A stretch of 64,000 bases of DNA from Octopus sinensis (taxonomy: Eukaryota): the NCBI RefSeq assembly GCF_006345805.1, contig NC_043001.1, positions 127,038,001-127,102,000 on the forward strand, read 5' to 3'. A program made the position numbers and the translations under genes. Under the pieces are notes generated by a model that ran no database searches, was not told where the DNA came from, and saw nothing but the letters and a program-made list of their open reading frames with translations. Numbering within the stretch: the stretch's first letter is position 1; every line of letters starts with the position of its first letter. Shown here in pieces: positions 1-12,564 of the stretch.

Positions 1-700
1 ACCATTAGATCATTACTTAAAACAGAGTCAGAAGTTTAAAAATGTAAGGTAATAGCTTCCTCAGCAGTAAGTTACAGTTACAACATTCGCAATATGATAC
101 GAAATGGACTAGCAAAATAACTAGAAAAATTATGACTTCATTTAAAAACTGCAATATGTCTGCTATAGAAATATTTACTTTCTATGAATGCAAGGTCGCA
201 GATGTCCACTCAGACTAGAAAGTTATAAAATAGCCAACGTTAAATTACAACACATCTAGGAAATAGCTTAATACAAATAACTACAAAATGCATATAAAAC
301 ATAAAACAATATTCTTATTTAGCGGTAAACCGACAAATATAAAACAATGGTTAAGATGATAGACAGGTCTGATATAAAAATGAGAAGAGAAATTATGAAA
401 TGGCCACTTTGGCTAAAAGTGATGTTGCAGAATATTATGCTGAAGCAATAGCAAGAGAGGCACCGAATACGTGAATGGAGAAAAAACTGGAAGTAACTAC
501 GTAAAAGAAAATCGTTAGCTGAGTAGTAAAGGAATTAAAAACCCTGATTGATGGATTCTTGATTGCATTGCAAGATTAAAAATGCCCTTCCAGAATCTGC
601 TGATGGTATATAATGAAGCAGAATGAATGAAATAACGACAGGATATGTGGAGATAGAGAGAAACTATTAATGATATCACCTCTGGTTAACCAGGGAGGAT
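1..700 (+). mobile_element. Highly degenerate R4/Dong-like non-LTR retrotransposon fragment (post-RT region)
   Basis: Broken-frame similarity to the R4-type 'IRxLLKTE..K..VIA...SY' segment, which is also seen at 1395-1590. Confidence 0.4.
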
Positions 701-779
701 ATATCTACACACATGAAAGGGTATAAGATGAAGTATAAACATATACCAGAAATATCACAGAAAAAAAATCAAAGCGATT

Positions 780-1590
780 ATACCCCGGCATACACCAATC
801 TACACAGACAGGGAAATCAAGTTTAGTATGGATGTGAGGATCTTGTAGGTGATGTTGAGACATGTTATTGGTCGGTAGTTCTCTGGATTTTTCGTGTTTT
901 CAGTTTTTGGTAGAAGGTATATTGTTCCTTCGGTCAGCCAGGCAGGTATTTGGTCTGGGTTCTGGATGACATCAGTTAGGGGTGCAGCAAAATTTTGGTG
1001 AACTTCTGTCAAACAATTCATCCAGAAGTTAAGGATCCGGTCCCTATATATTGGGAAGTTCTAAAGAATTGATTCATTTTCTGCCTCAGTCACAGCCCCA
1101 GGGTGGTGCTTGTTCCATTTGTCAGCAGTTTTGATTTTGCAACACCTATTTCTTTACTACCCACAAGGGGCTAAACATAGAGGGGACAAACAAGAACAGA
1201 CAAACGGATTAAGTCGATTAGATCGACCCCAGTGCGTAACTGGTACTTAATTTATCGACCCCGAAAGGATGAACGGCAAAGTCGACCTCGGCGGAATTTG
1301 AACTCAGAATGTAACGGCAGACGAAATACGGCTACGCATTTCGCCCGGTGTGCTAACGATTCTGCCAGCTCACCGCCTTTGATTTTGCAATACCGACACA
1401 TTCAGACCATAACTAACAACTGAAACTGCTAAGTAATTTATGGCTAACACCTTGTTACGTGCATTTAAATCAGATTTTAGGACTGCTCAAACTCTCCTGT
1501 AACATTCCTCTGACTTTCCCTTTCATGCGTGCATACTGAATGACAGAGTCCTCATTTATTCCGAGGTATTTGTAAGTTTGTTCCTTATCT
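780..1590 (-). mobile_element. R4/Dong-like RT fragments interrupted by a SINE
   Basis: ORF 800-1021 reads WLTEGTIYLLPK..NPENYRPITCLNITYKILTSIL (RT domain 0/1). 1395-1590 on the minus strand reads TYKYLGINE...LKSDLNARNKVLAIN. Confidence 0.8.
1147..1377 (-). mobile_element. tRNA-derived SINE family A (GGCGGCGAGCTGGCAGAA head), full length
   Basis: Many copies in the window, A/B-box-like head, and TSD tttgattttgcaa(c/t)acc at 1130-1146 and 1378-1394. Confidence 0.9.
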
Positions 1591-1691
1591 TTTATAACGG
1601 TGTCAAAATCTAACACTACTGAATGTGAGGTCATCAATTTCCCTTTCTGGAAAGTGGCCTTTTGTCAAGACGAAATTTCATCCAGTATCAC

Positions 1692-1792
<101 letters not shown>

Positions 1793-1794
1793 AA

Positions 1795-2009
1795 GGCGGC
1801 GAGCTGGAAGAATCGTTCGCACACCGGGCGAAATGTTTAGCTGTATTTCGCCTGCGCGGCTACGTTCTGAATTAAAATTCCGCCGAGGTTGACTTTGTCT
1901 TTTATCCTTTCGATGTCGATAAAATAAGTACCAGTTGAACACTGGGACTGATGTAATCGACTCATACCCTCCCACAAAGTGGCTGCCCTTGTGGAAAAAC
2001 TTGAAACCA
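1795..2009 (+). mobile_element. SINE family A, alternative 3' tail
   Basis: Same head and body as 1147-1377. The tail differs and is shared with 10023-10223 and 16271-16360. Confidence 0.85.
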
Positions 2010-2050
2010 CTATTATTATTATTATTATTATTATTATTATCATTATTATT

Positions 2051-2545
2051 GAGTGAGAGAGCAGTTCATGCCATCAAAGTGACACTGGGGTAAAATATAC
2101 GAAGCCCAATATACCCATCATGACTACCCGTCTGATAAAGGTACACCAGGCACATGCATCACAACCATATGTGCGCGACATGGTGATCTCATATCAAGAT
2201 AAACAGCACATGACCTTGCAGGTGGAGCCCAGTTAGAATTTTCTTCAGGTTGAGTAGCCCATCCCGCTCAAACGGTCCCTGAATAAGGGTTGTTTAAGGA
2301 TGTTGAAAGAACCACCCATGTTTCCAGAGGTGAACTATTCAAACCCCAAAGAATCCCTCTCAACACATGGCTATGATGCTCCCCCACTACTTCTGCTCGT
2401 GATCAGAGATGCACATATCGTCAGCCACTAAGGGACATGCTCAACTGGTTAAGGTCAAACAACTGACAAGCAAATCTGTGGTATTAAGCAGAATATTTGC
2501 TGTAGCCCATCTTTTATACCAAGACAAAACAATGTACATGATAAC
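2051..2545. mobile_element. Unclassified ~500-bp insert within (TAT)n, possibly a retroelement 3' UTR
   Basis: Complex sequence with sharp boundaries and (TAT)n on both sides. Confidence 0.4.
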
Positions 2546-2605
<60 letters not shown>

Positions 2606-2689
2606 CATCATCATCATCATCATCATCATTCCCTCTCACTTCTCAGAGCTCACGATTTCACTTACACCGGTTAATTCTGTAAGAGTAGA

Positions 2690-3525
2690 CAGTATCTTAT
2701 CGTCAGAGGTTTCACAGGGTTTCTTTCTACGACACTTAACACCCAAGTACTAATCTCAAAGTCCTCACTGTCCCCAATAAAGGCGTTTTAGAACATGCTC
2801 TACCCTCATGTCAATCCCAATATCTTTGACCTGGTTGTTGATCCTCCCAGTGTCCCTATAACTACTGGGATGACACTTCATTCATTGTCCGCCTTCGTGT
2901 AATCTCATCTTTTAGTTACTTGTACTTCTCAATCTTCTACTCTTGTCACCCACTCGTGCATTCCCAGGTATGATAATATCTTTCTTTCTTCCTTTTATCC
3001 ACTACAATACCTGGTCTACGAGCATCAGTCACTGAGTCACACTGGATTGTAAAATCACATAAGAACTTATACCTATTGTTGTCGGCGGCACCTGGATTAT
3101 GCTTGTACTATTTCAATGTCCTATCAAGGCTGTACTTCTCACACAATCTCCAGTGAAGAAACTTAGCAATGTTATCATGCCTCCCTTTGTATGCCTCTTG
3201 GGTCAATTCGCTACCCTCGCTCACAATATGTAAGACTGTTTCATTTGTGATACCACACAACCTATAAAGAGCGATGCACTTCTCTTACCTGTTTGGAATT
3301 TGGTGTAATTAGTCCTCGGAGCTTGTTCCTGGGCGCTGCATATCAATGCTTCAGAGCATTCTTTCTGTTCACTTTTCCCTAGCACACCTCTATGCGTTGG
3401 TCTTATCTTTCCCTTCCATTTCTCTGCAGTATTACCCATGCCTTGCTATCATTTTCCAGTTATTCAATCTACCCATGCATCGACCTATATTTCCTGCGCA
3501 ATATAGAAGATTTTTTTCCTCAGCA
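2690..3525 (-). mobile_element. R4/Dong-like C-terminal fragment (zinc knuckle and REL endonuclease)
   Basis: EALICSAQEQAPRTNY, followed in shifted frames by RHDNIA, DFTIQCD and ARRP motifs. Confidence 0.8.
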
Positions 3526-3734
3526 TTTGCTTGACAACGACAGCAATAACGAAAGATATGACAGACAATCCACAATAAGCCGCCATAACAGTCCCCGTCG
3601 CAACATCACAACCATCACCATAAATAACAATAACAATTGTATAAACACCACCAACACCACTAGCAACCTTCCTCACTAACATGAACAAATGATCATCATC
3701 AATAAGAGAGAAAAACAATGAGAGCGAGAAACGA

Positions 3735-3771
<37 letters not shown>

Positions 3772-3831
3772 AGAGTGATAAGATTCGACTGCAGTACTTG
3801 GCTGACATTGGGAGGGTTATTAAAGACAAGT

Positions 3832-4119
3832 GGAGGCGCAATGGCCTAGTGGTTAGGGCAGCGGACTCGCGGCCGTAGGATCGCGGTTTCGATTCCCAGA
3901 CCGGGCGTTGTGAGTGTTTATTGAGCGAAAACACCTTCGGCAGGGATGGTGGTGATCCCTGCTGTACTCTTTCACCACTCTTTCTCCCACTCTTTCTTCT
4001 GTTGGCCTGCTCGCTTAGCCAGCGGGGTGGCGTCATTCGAAGGCTAAAACAATGCGAACGCATTGTGACCAGCGATGTGTAACTACATCTGATGGACTGG
4101 TCGGTCACGTGATCATGTG
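3832..4119 (+). mobile_element. tRNA-derived SINE family B (GGAGGCGCAATGGCC head), tail type 1
   Basis: tRNA-like head with A box TGGCCTAGTGG and B box GTTTCGATTCC, TSD attaaagacaagt, and a near-identical copy at 58874. Confidence 0.9.
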
Positions 4120-4925
4120 ATTAAAGACAAGTTATCTTCGGAACGATTTGATTTGAAATCAGAGTATAAAGATGGAAAAATACAGAAAAAATATCTCATT
4201 CTCTAATGACACTGCCAATCTACATTTTAAAAAGAAAAGAGAGAAATAAAAACAAGATGTGGCTGTCATGATAAAATGGCCATTCGATCAGGGTTGAAAC
4301 CAAACATCGACATTAACAACAAGCAACCGCTCGCTAATCCTTCTTTGCACTATCAACCCCACGTCATTGCGTGTAGCTTACATCTTTCTCGTTTGTAATC
4401 GCATTTCTAAATCACATTGTTCTTCAATAAATTGTTCCTGGGCTTACAGGTTGTGGTTTGTTATTAGTGAGAAGGATTTCAATTTTAGTGTTTTTGTAGT
4501 AGGTTAGAGTCATTTCATGGTTTCGCGTGAAGCATTTAGTATTCTATTATAAAAGTTGTTTTTTTTAATAATGTGCTTATCTATTTTATATTTGCTTACT
4601 TGTTTCCTGTATTTGACAATAATGCACTTACAAAATGTTCACAAAATAAGGAGCAAAGTTTCAATGCACTACATCACCACAACAATAACAAAATTAGATT
4701 GCAAAACATTAGCAAACAATATATTTATATCCTTACATGATTGGAGCAATACGTATCGCCTAGTACAATGCTAACATAAATATACAAGTAAAATATAATG
4801 ATCACAAACAAAAATAAGCACCATTGGTGCTGTATAAATAACGATTACGGCAACAATGCCTTCACCAATCACATTGACACCGCGTAATATTAAACAGCAA
4901 CATGCGGAAAACACATCAATATCAT

Positions 4926-5251
4926 GGAAGTACTCCGTTGGTTACGACGACGAGGGTTCCGGTTGATCCGAATCAACGGAACAGCCTGCTCGTGAAATTA
5001 ACGTGTAAGTGGCTGAGCACTCCACAGACACGTGTACCCTTAACGTAATTCTCGGGGATATTCAGCGTGACACAGAGAGTGACAAGGCCGGCCCTTTGAA
5101 ATACAGGTACAAGGGAGACAGGAAGTAAGAGTGGGAGAAAGTTGTGGTGAAAGAGTACAGCAGGGATCACCACCATCCCTGCCGGAGCCTCGTGGAGCTT
5201 TAGGTGTTTTCGCTCAATAAACACTCACAACGCCCGGTCTGGGAATCGAAA
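4926..5251 (-). mobile_element. SINE family B, tail type 2, 5'-truncated
   Basis: Matches 29151-29536. TSD acatcaatatcat. Confidence 0.9.
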
Positions 5252-5811
5252 ACATCAATATCATTTCGTATAAAAGATGAGTGTCTAGAAATGTTTATGA
5301 TGGCGAAATACTTCATAACCTCTCTGTAGATGGAGATACACCAGCCAGGATAATTGATATGGTCTGAGATAGACTGTAGGAATTCAGGTAATTCAAACTC
5401 AACCAGTTGTCACCAGTTAAATTTGTCTTTTATCTTTTATCGAACAAAGGACAGTGGCCATGCTGGGGCATCGCCTTGGAAGGATTTTAGTTAAACACGA
5501 TCGACCCCAGAATTAATATTTTTTAAGTCTGGTACCTATGTCGTTTCTTTAACCGAACCGCTACAAAAATGGTGTGTTTAAATCCCTGAAAATTAGCAGT
5601 TTGGCAAAAGAGACCGATAAAATAGGTACCAGGCTTTTAAAAAATAAGTACTTAGACACTTATTTTTTATTATTAATATTTTGGAGTACTTCATTGAACT
5701 AAAAATTCTTCAAGGCGGTGCCCCAGCATGGTCGCAGCCGGATGACTGAAATAAGTAAACAATAAAAGATAAAAGGTCTATCAATAAAATTAATTGTATA
5801 ATTACTCGGAA

Positions 5812-6019
5812 TACTCTTTACTCTTTTACTTATTTCAGTCATTTGACTGCGACCATGCTGGAGCACCGCCTTTAGTCGAACAAATCGACCGCAGGACTTA
5901 TTCTTTGTAAGCCTAGTACTTATTCTAGCGGTCCCTTTTGCCGAACCGCTAATGTTACGGGGACGTAAACACACCAGCATCGATTGTCAGGCTATGTTGG
6001 GGGGACAAACACAGACACA

Positions 6020-6076
<57 letters not shown>

Positions 6077-6268
6077 TATATATATATATATATATAATAT
6101 ATATATATATATACGACGGGCTTCTTTCAGTTTCCGTCTACCAAATCCACCCACAAGGCTTTGGTCGGCCCGAGGCCATAGTAGAAGACACTTGCCCAAG
6201 GTGCCACGCAGTGGGACTGAACCCGGAACCATGTGGTTGATAAGCAAGCTACTTACCACACAGCCACA
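5812..6268 (-). mobile_element. SINE family C (GGCGCAGGAGTGGCTGTGTGGTAAG head, internal TA/TG microsatellite)
   Basis: Matches 30337-30730 and 63018-63410. Older tail fragments lie at 5440-5775. Confidence 0.9.
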
Positions 6269-7380
6269 TACACTCTTTGAAGCAGTTGATAGTGCCGTTC
6301 ATAAAATGGCTGCAGTTCAATGACTGAAACCTAGCGCAAAACATTTACTGTATTAAGATATTATCGCAGTTTTATACAATTAATGCCTTTTCTCTAATAC
6401 ATTACTTTAAGAGCACAAACCAGTTAACTAAAACCTGCGAACTACTCATGGCAACTATGTTGCTTCCTGTTTCTTTTGATAATAATCCAATCCCCCCACT
6501 TTCCTTCTCTCTTTTTCTCTCTTCCGCTCCCACATACATTTTCAACACAACTCTGCTAAACCACAATCTTTTTATGTCATTTCAAATTGCAAACCTTCGC
6601 CATTTATAATTGTCTCCGCCCTTCTCCGTCTCTGTTTCGTTTGCACGCTATCGGTTTCTTTTACATCATCTCTTTCTCTCTTTCTCTCTCTCTCCCACTC
6701 CTCCTCTCTCTCTCTGTCTTCCTGTTTGCCTCACTCTCGCCTCTCTCGTACTCTCTCTCTCTTTATTACTGCTTTTCCAGAAATTTTCTCTTCTTTTATC
6801 AAGTTTTGTGTTTTTCATATCAACTATAGTCGCACGCTATGCACCACCTGCTTTTGTTTAGTGCCATACTTCTCTCTCTCCAATTTCTTTCTTTCTTTCT
6901 CTTCTATGTCTGAATGAATGTGTGTGTATGTGTGTGTATGCAAGTGTGTGTGTGTGTGTGTGTGCGTCTTTATATTTGTGTTAGACTCTCGATGCTTAGT
7001 AAACGCTGTTGCTTTGTTTATATTCCAATAACTTAGCCATTTGGCATAGCAGAACAATTTAATAAGTTCCAGACTTGATACAAGCACTGGAGTCGATTTA
7101 ATCGACTAAATCTTTTCAGACAGTATCCCCGCGACACAATCAGTGGAAAACAACTAAAAGAATAACTGAATACAACACTACACACGCATACATACTTGCA
7201 CGAATACTTATCATATATATATATATATATATATAAATATATATATATATTATATTAAATTAGAGATAAAACCACTATTAGGCAAATCATACAATGAAAA
7301 ACTTAAGCCAATACATATGATTAATTAATTTATATTATTTAAATATATATCAAAATTATTAAAAAAGATAATTAATATAA

Positions 7381-7444
7381 CACTACGATCGTTTCATGGC
7401 TGTTCAATTCTTAAAATTTTCTAGTAACAGTCATTCTTCAGGTG
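7381..7444 (-). ncRNA. Type I hammerhead ribozyme
   Basis: Minus strand reads cac-CUGAAGA-augacuguu..aacagccau-GAAA-cgaucg-UA-gug. Helix III is palindromic and the triplet is GUA. It lies in a ~490-bp element (7255-7745) flanked by (TA)n. Confidence 0.85.
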
Positions 7445-7737
7445 GTTTAAATATTTAACTTGGCGAGGTTTAATCAAATGTATGTATTAAATAAATAAAT
7501 AAACACATAACGGATTTTACACATTTATTAAGGCTTACATATGTTTCCCATAAATACTGGAGGGGTCTAGTTCCATAGTTCAATCATATTAATCAATCGA
7601 TCCATAATCGTTCGACTAAAACAAAGAAAGCAGTTCCACACCTGTATCTTCTGCAGAGCTACAATAAATTAACTTTTTGCCTTGGCTCAAGTAGCATGTA
7701 TTTTATTATATTTTATCATTATTGGACTGAAACTTAA

Positions 7738-7813
<76 letters not shown>

Positions 7814-7930
7814 ATAGAGGGCTTATTACACATAAATGCCTCACATAAGAGGGACAAAGTCATTACTACCAAAATTATACTATCATACCCAAATGCAGTT
7901 TTTCAAAGCAGACATTTAAAAAATGAATTT

Positions 7931-7988
7931 AGTTCTGTATCACCGTGATTTCACATTCAACTTACGTCTTATGATCATCAGCAGAACT
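7931..7988 (-). ncRNA. Type I hammerhead ribozyme (copy 1 of 4)
   Basis: aguucug-CUGAUGA-ucau..augu-GAAA-ucac g guga-UA-cagaacu, with a 7-bp helix I. Confidence 0.85.
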
Positions 7989-8383
7989 GATTCTGAACAC
8001 ATCATAAATAACTACCACCTTACGTAGCGAAGACGAACAGACAACTGCCCACTCCGCCAAGCACATGGAATGTTTATAAATCATATATCCGGTAAATGGC
8101 GGGCTTTTTACGAACTGCATTCGGGTAATGAAAAGTATTCGGAATAAGTTTAACAATTAAGGATAATCTCTTAATAAGAATATCGGGTAGTTAGCGTGAA
8201 ACCTCATAAAAGAAAGAATTCGAAATATTTTTTTTCTTTTGAACAATTAATTATATCTATATTGTATAGAGGGCATTATTAACATAAATGCCTCACACTA
8301 AGGGACAAAGTCATTACTACCAAAATTATACTAATCATACCCAAATGCAGTTTTTCAAAGCAAGACATTTAAAAAATGAATTT

Positions 8384-8441
8384 AGTTCTGTATCACCGTG
8401 ATTTCACATTCAACTTACGTCTTATGATCATCAGCAGAACT
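8384..8441 (-). ncRNA. Type I hammerhead ribozyme (copy 2 of 4)
   Basis: Identical to 7931-7988. Confidence 0.85.
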
Positions 8442-8516
8442 GATTCTGAACACATCATAAATAAACTACCAACCTTACGTAGCGAAGACGAACAGACAAC
8501 TGCCCACTCCATATAT

Positions 8517-8558
<42 letters not shown>

Positions 8559-8681
8559 TGTATAGAGGGCATTATTACACATAAATGCCTCACACTAAGA
8601 GGGACAAAGTCATTACTACCAAAATTATACTAATCATACCCAAATGCAGTTTTTCAAAGCAAGACATTTAAAAAATGATTT

Positions 8682-8739
8682 AGTTCTGTATCACCGTGAT
8701 TTCACATTCAACTTACTACTTATGATCATCAGCAGAACT
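8682..8739 (-). ncRNA. Type I hammerhead ribozyme (copy 3 of 4)
   Basis: Same core, with a minor change in loop 2. Confidence 0.85.
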
Positions 8740-9150
8740 GATTTGAACACATCATAAATAAACTACCAACCTTACGTAGCGAAGACGAACAGACACTGCC
8801 CACTCCCGCCAAGCACATGGAATGTTTATAAATCATATATCCGGTAAATGGCGGGCTTTTTACGAACTGCATTCGGGTACAATGAAAAGTATTTCGGAAT
8901 AAGTTTAACAATTAAGGATAATCTCTTATAAGAAATTATCGGGTATTTAGCGTGAAACCTCATAAAAGAAAGAATTCGAAAATAATTTTTTCTTTTGAAC
9001 AAATTAATTATATCTATAGTTGTATAGAGGGCATTATTACACATAAATGCCTCACACTAAGAGGGACAAAGTCATTACTACTACTACCAAAAATTATCTA
9101 AATCATCCCAAATGCAGTTTTTCAAAGCAAGACATTTAAAAAATGAATTT

Positions 9151-9208
9151 AGTTCTGTATCACCGTGATTTCACATTCAACTTACGTCTTATGATCATCA
9201 GCAGAACT
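9151..9208 (-). ncRNA. Type I hammerhead ribozyme (copy 4 of 4)
   Basis: Identical to 7931-7988. Confidence 0.85.
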
Positions 9209-9532
9209 GATTCTGAACACATCATAAATAAACTACCAACCTTACGTAGCGAAGACGAACAGACAACTGCCCACTCCATATATATATATATATAATATAT
9301 ATATATATATAATATATATAGTTCAGCAACAATTAAGATTCAAATGAATATGGTACTTAATTTAGATGCACTAGAATTTTTTATGGTATGAGTTTTGGTC
9401 TGGTTGGCATCCTAACTACACTCCCTCATGTTCCTGAGATTCATATCTACATCTTTATCTGTATATTTACCTTTCCTAAGATGTTACTAATTGATTTGAA
9501 AGTTTTTATATTATTGGAAAACATATATAAAA

Positions 9533-9618
9533 TTAGCTGAAGATTACTCGACATATTAAATCTGCTGCAATATTTACAGCTTTTAATAAAATGTTGTAGT
9601 ATGAAACAATTGTACTAA
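9533..9618 (+). ncRNA. Type I hammerhead ribozyme with extended helix II
   Basis: uuag-CUGAAGA-uuacucgacau...auguuguaguau-GAAA-caauug-UA-cuaa. It lies in element 9321-9655, whose 5' part recurs at about 54558-54645. Confidence 0.85.
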
Positions 9619-9680
9619 ATTACCGGATTCATTCTTATTGCTTATTTTTTATTATATATATATATATATATATATTTGTG

Positions 9681-9715
<35 letters not shown>

Positions 9716-10022
9716 GTGAGTGTATGTGTGTGTGCGTGTGTGCGTGCGTGCGTGCGCGCGCGCGCGTGTGTGTGTGTGTGTGTGTAAGGCTTGTGTGTCT
9801 AATCGTCACGGCGTATAAGTAAATGCTCTGTCTGAACATTTTAGAAAAATGTATGAAGTAAACACAAGTATTTATCTGAATGAATACTGAGCATGGTTCT
9901 TGTGAAAGGGTATGTAACACTGGTCTACGAAGAGACCGACATTGCGATGCTTTATCCTGTTCAATTACAGCGATTCACTCCGCAAACAGTCACTGAACGT
10001 AAACAACTTGGTATAATAAACC

Positions 10023-10223
10023 GGTTTCAAATTTTGGCACAAAGCCAACAATTTCGGGGAAGGTGCTAAGTCGATTACCTCGACCCCAGTATTTATTTTA
10101 TCGACATCGAAAGGATGGAAGATAAAGTCGACTTCGACGGAATTTGAACTCAGAAAGTAAAGATGGACGAAAGGCTGCAAAGCATTTTGTCCGGCGTGCT
10201 AACGGTCGTGCCATCTCGCCGCC
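10023..10223 (-). mobile_element. SINE family A, alternative tail, diverged
   Basis: Similar to 1795-2009. Confidence 0.8.
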
Positions 10224-10262
10224 TCCGCTTAGTATAATATAATCCTTTCTGCTATCGGCACA

Positions 10263-10625
10263 AACTTAGATAAACTTAGATAAACTTAGATATGTTTCGA
10301 CCAAAGATTGGTCCAGGCCATGTCTAACTTAATAGCACCACCTGATAGGATTATTCGAATCCTGTTTAAGGCAAGTTTTGTTTAAGTAGTGAGTTCTTGT
10401 TGGGTGAGTTGTATCCAATTGTGGGTGGCTTGTCTGGTATTCTTTGAAGGAATCTATCCAGACTCCGTTTAAAGTTGATGGGATCCTTTTCCTCTTTGAT
10501 CTCCCTCGGGACAATGTTAAATAGGGCAGGGCCTGTTGAGGAAAAGAAATTATGTTGCAGTGTACATGTATGTTGTGATCTTGAATTGGGCAGGGGTCGT
10601 ATGGCCCGTGGTCCCTGAAATTGTA
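10263..10625 (-). mobile_element. CR1-group LINE 3' fragment with a 10-bp tandem tail
   Basis: Minus strand reads FKRSLDRFLQRIPDKP, resembling FKMKLDLFLSGVPDEP of the LINE at 54 kb. It ends in three copies of (TATCTAAGTT). Confidence 0.65.
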
Positions 10626-10782
10626 TGGGGGGGGTGGAGATAGTCGATTGCCTCTATCCCAGTACGTAACGTGTGCTTATTTCATCTAATCATGAGGTTG
10701 GGTAGCAAACATCTTACCATACAGCAATGCCTACGCCACTAATTTGTCATTTCCAGAACAATTATTATTTTTCACTAAACAA

Positions 10783-10943
10783 GCGCATGAGTTGCTGTGT
10801 GGTAAGTAGCTTGCTTACCAACCACATGAAAGGATGAAAGGCAAAGTCGTCCTAAGTGGAATTTGAACTCAGACTGTCAGGACGAACGAAATGTCGCTAA
10901 TCATTTCGCTCGGTGTGCTAACGATTCTGCCAGATCGTCACCT
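10783..10943. mobile_element. SINE C head (+) abutting a SINE A 5' half (-)
   Basis: Each part matches its family consensus. Confidence 0.7.
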
Positions 10944-11907
10944 TCACTTTATATGATATGATAACTAGAAATAAATACTAACAAGGCAAATAAACCAAAT
11001 CGTTTAAACGTCAAGTGAAATGTGTTATGGTTTCGTTCCGGCACTTTTCCTCTTTGAAATCAAAATTCTCCGATGTCAAGTTTGTCTTTCACCCTTTTGG
11101 AAATGATAAATAAAATCATATTAGTCTTAAGCTGCGAACTGGCAGAGTCGTTTGAGTGTCGGATGGGATACCTGGTGATATTTGTTCCGGCTCCTGTAAA
11201 ATTCTATATTGAAATACCGCCGTGGCCTACCAGCCGTATACACTCATTTAGCTGACTATGGATAGCAAACATTAAAGCGATCTATGATATTAAGTCTGCT
11301 CAGAGCAGATGATACTTAATGACGATGATATATAATGAAATATTTATATCCTCTTAGCAATTGCAATCGTTTTGAAAAATGCCGGATGTGTACCTTTCAA
11401 GTTAAAAATTATTTCAATAATGGATGAATCTATTAAAATAAAAAATGGAATAAAATTTAATTGAGGGAAACAAAATTATGCAAAATGGCAGCAAAATCAT
11501 TCGTATTCTTTGTTTTTATATTTTTCTTTACCATCCTCTGTCCTTTCACAATGTTAGAGCGTATACGTCTGCGTGCTTGCGTTGCGTGTGCAAATAAGTT
11601 GTATGCGCGTGTATATATATATGCACTGATATGCATATATACACGTGTGTGTGGTTGTGTGTATGTATATATATACATACATGAGTGTAATTATATGTGT
11701 GTCTATATATATATATATATTATATATATAAGAATAAATTATACATGTATGAATGTATGTATGTATGCGTTTATGTATGTATACATTTATGTATGTATGT
11801 ATGTATGTATGTATGCATGCATGTACGAATGTGTGTATGTAAGTGTGGATGTATGTATATATGCATTTATGTATGTATGTATATATGTATGTATGTATGT
11901 ATGCATT

Positions 11908-11938
<31 letters not shown>

Positions 11939-12564
11939 GTATGCATGTACGAATGTATGCATGTAAGTGGGGATGTATGTATATATGCATTTATGTATGT
12001 ATGCATGTATGAATGTATTTATGTATGTATGTATCAGCAGGGATATGCCAAACACGGAGTAGCAATAGCTTTCTCAGCTCTATAAAATGTAATTACAGTC
12101 TACTTCTGCATTGAGGATTTTTTCTTGTTTGAAAATTCAACCGCGTGTATGACCATGTGTATGTACATATGTTTGTGTGTATAAGTGCGTGCGTGCGTAC
12201 ATGTGTCTGTGCGTGTATGTGTGTGTTTGTGTTTGTGTGTGCATGTATTTCTGCGCGCTTGCACGTCTGTGTGTGTAAGTGTGTCTACATGTATGTATTC
12301 ATGTATAATTTGTTTAAGTCAGTCCCACTTTACGGCTGGTCGCCCACAGAAAGAGTATTTGTGCGTTTTGTATGTATTGCTCTTTTTTTCTTTTCGTGTA
12401 TTGCTGTTATTTTCTGTTATTATTGTTTCTTTGTACTAGTAATAAAAGTGGCGCACTGGTTGAACTATAAGTGTTCTGATGATAAACTTCATCACCATCA
12501 CCATCATCAACCTCCTCCTCCTCCTCCTCCTCATCATCATCATCATCATCATCACAATAATAAT

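Larger units (their letters stand above)
7808..9278 (-). mobile_element. Retrozyme-like / PLE pLTR-derived element (two ~250-bp direct repeats plus ~205-bp spacer), present twice in tandem
   Basis: Copies at 7808-8510 and 8556-9278, each flanked by (TA)n, with one HHR in every direct repeat. Confidence 0.75.

Noticed and set aside
3832-3905. tRNA gene
   Set aside because: It is the head of a multi-copy, TSD-bounded SINE and lacks a proper acceptor stem.
7530-7662. Second HHR on the minus strand (gcu-CUGCAGA...GAAA-cauaug-UA-agc)
   Set aside because: The palindromic helix III and GUA are suggestive, but the core is altered and helix II is long and poorly paired. It may be a relic.
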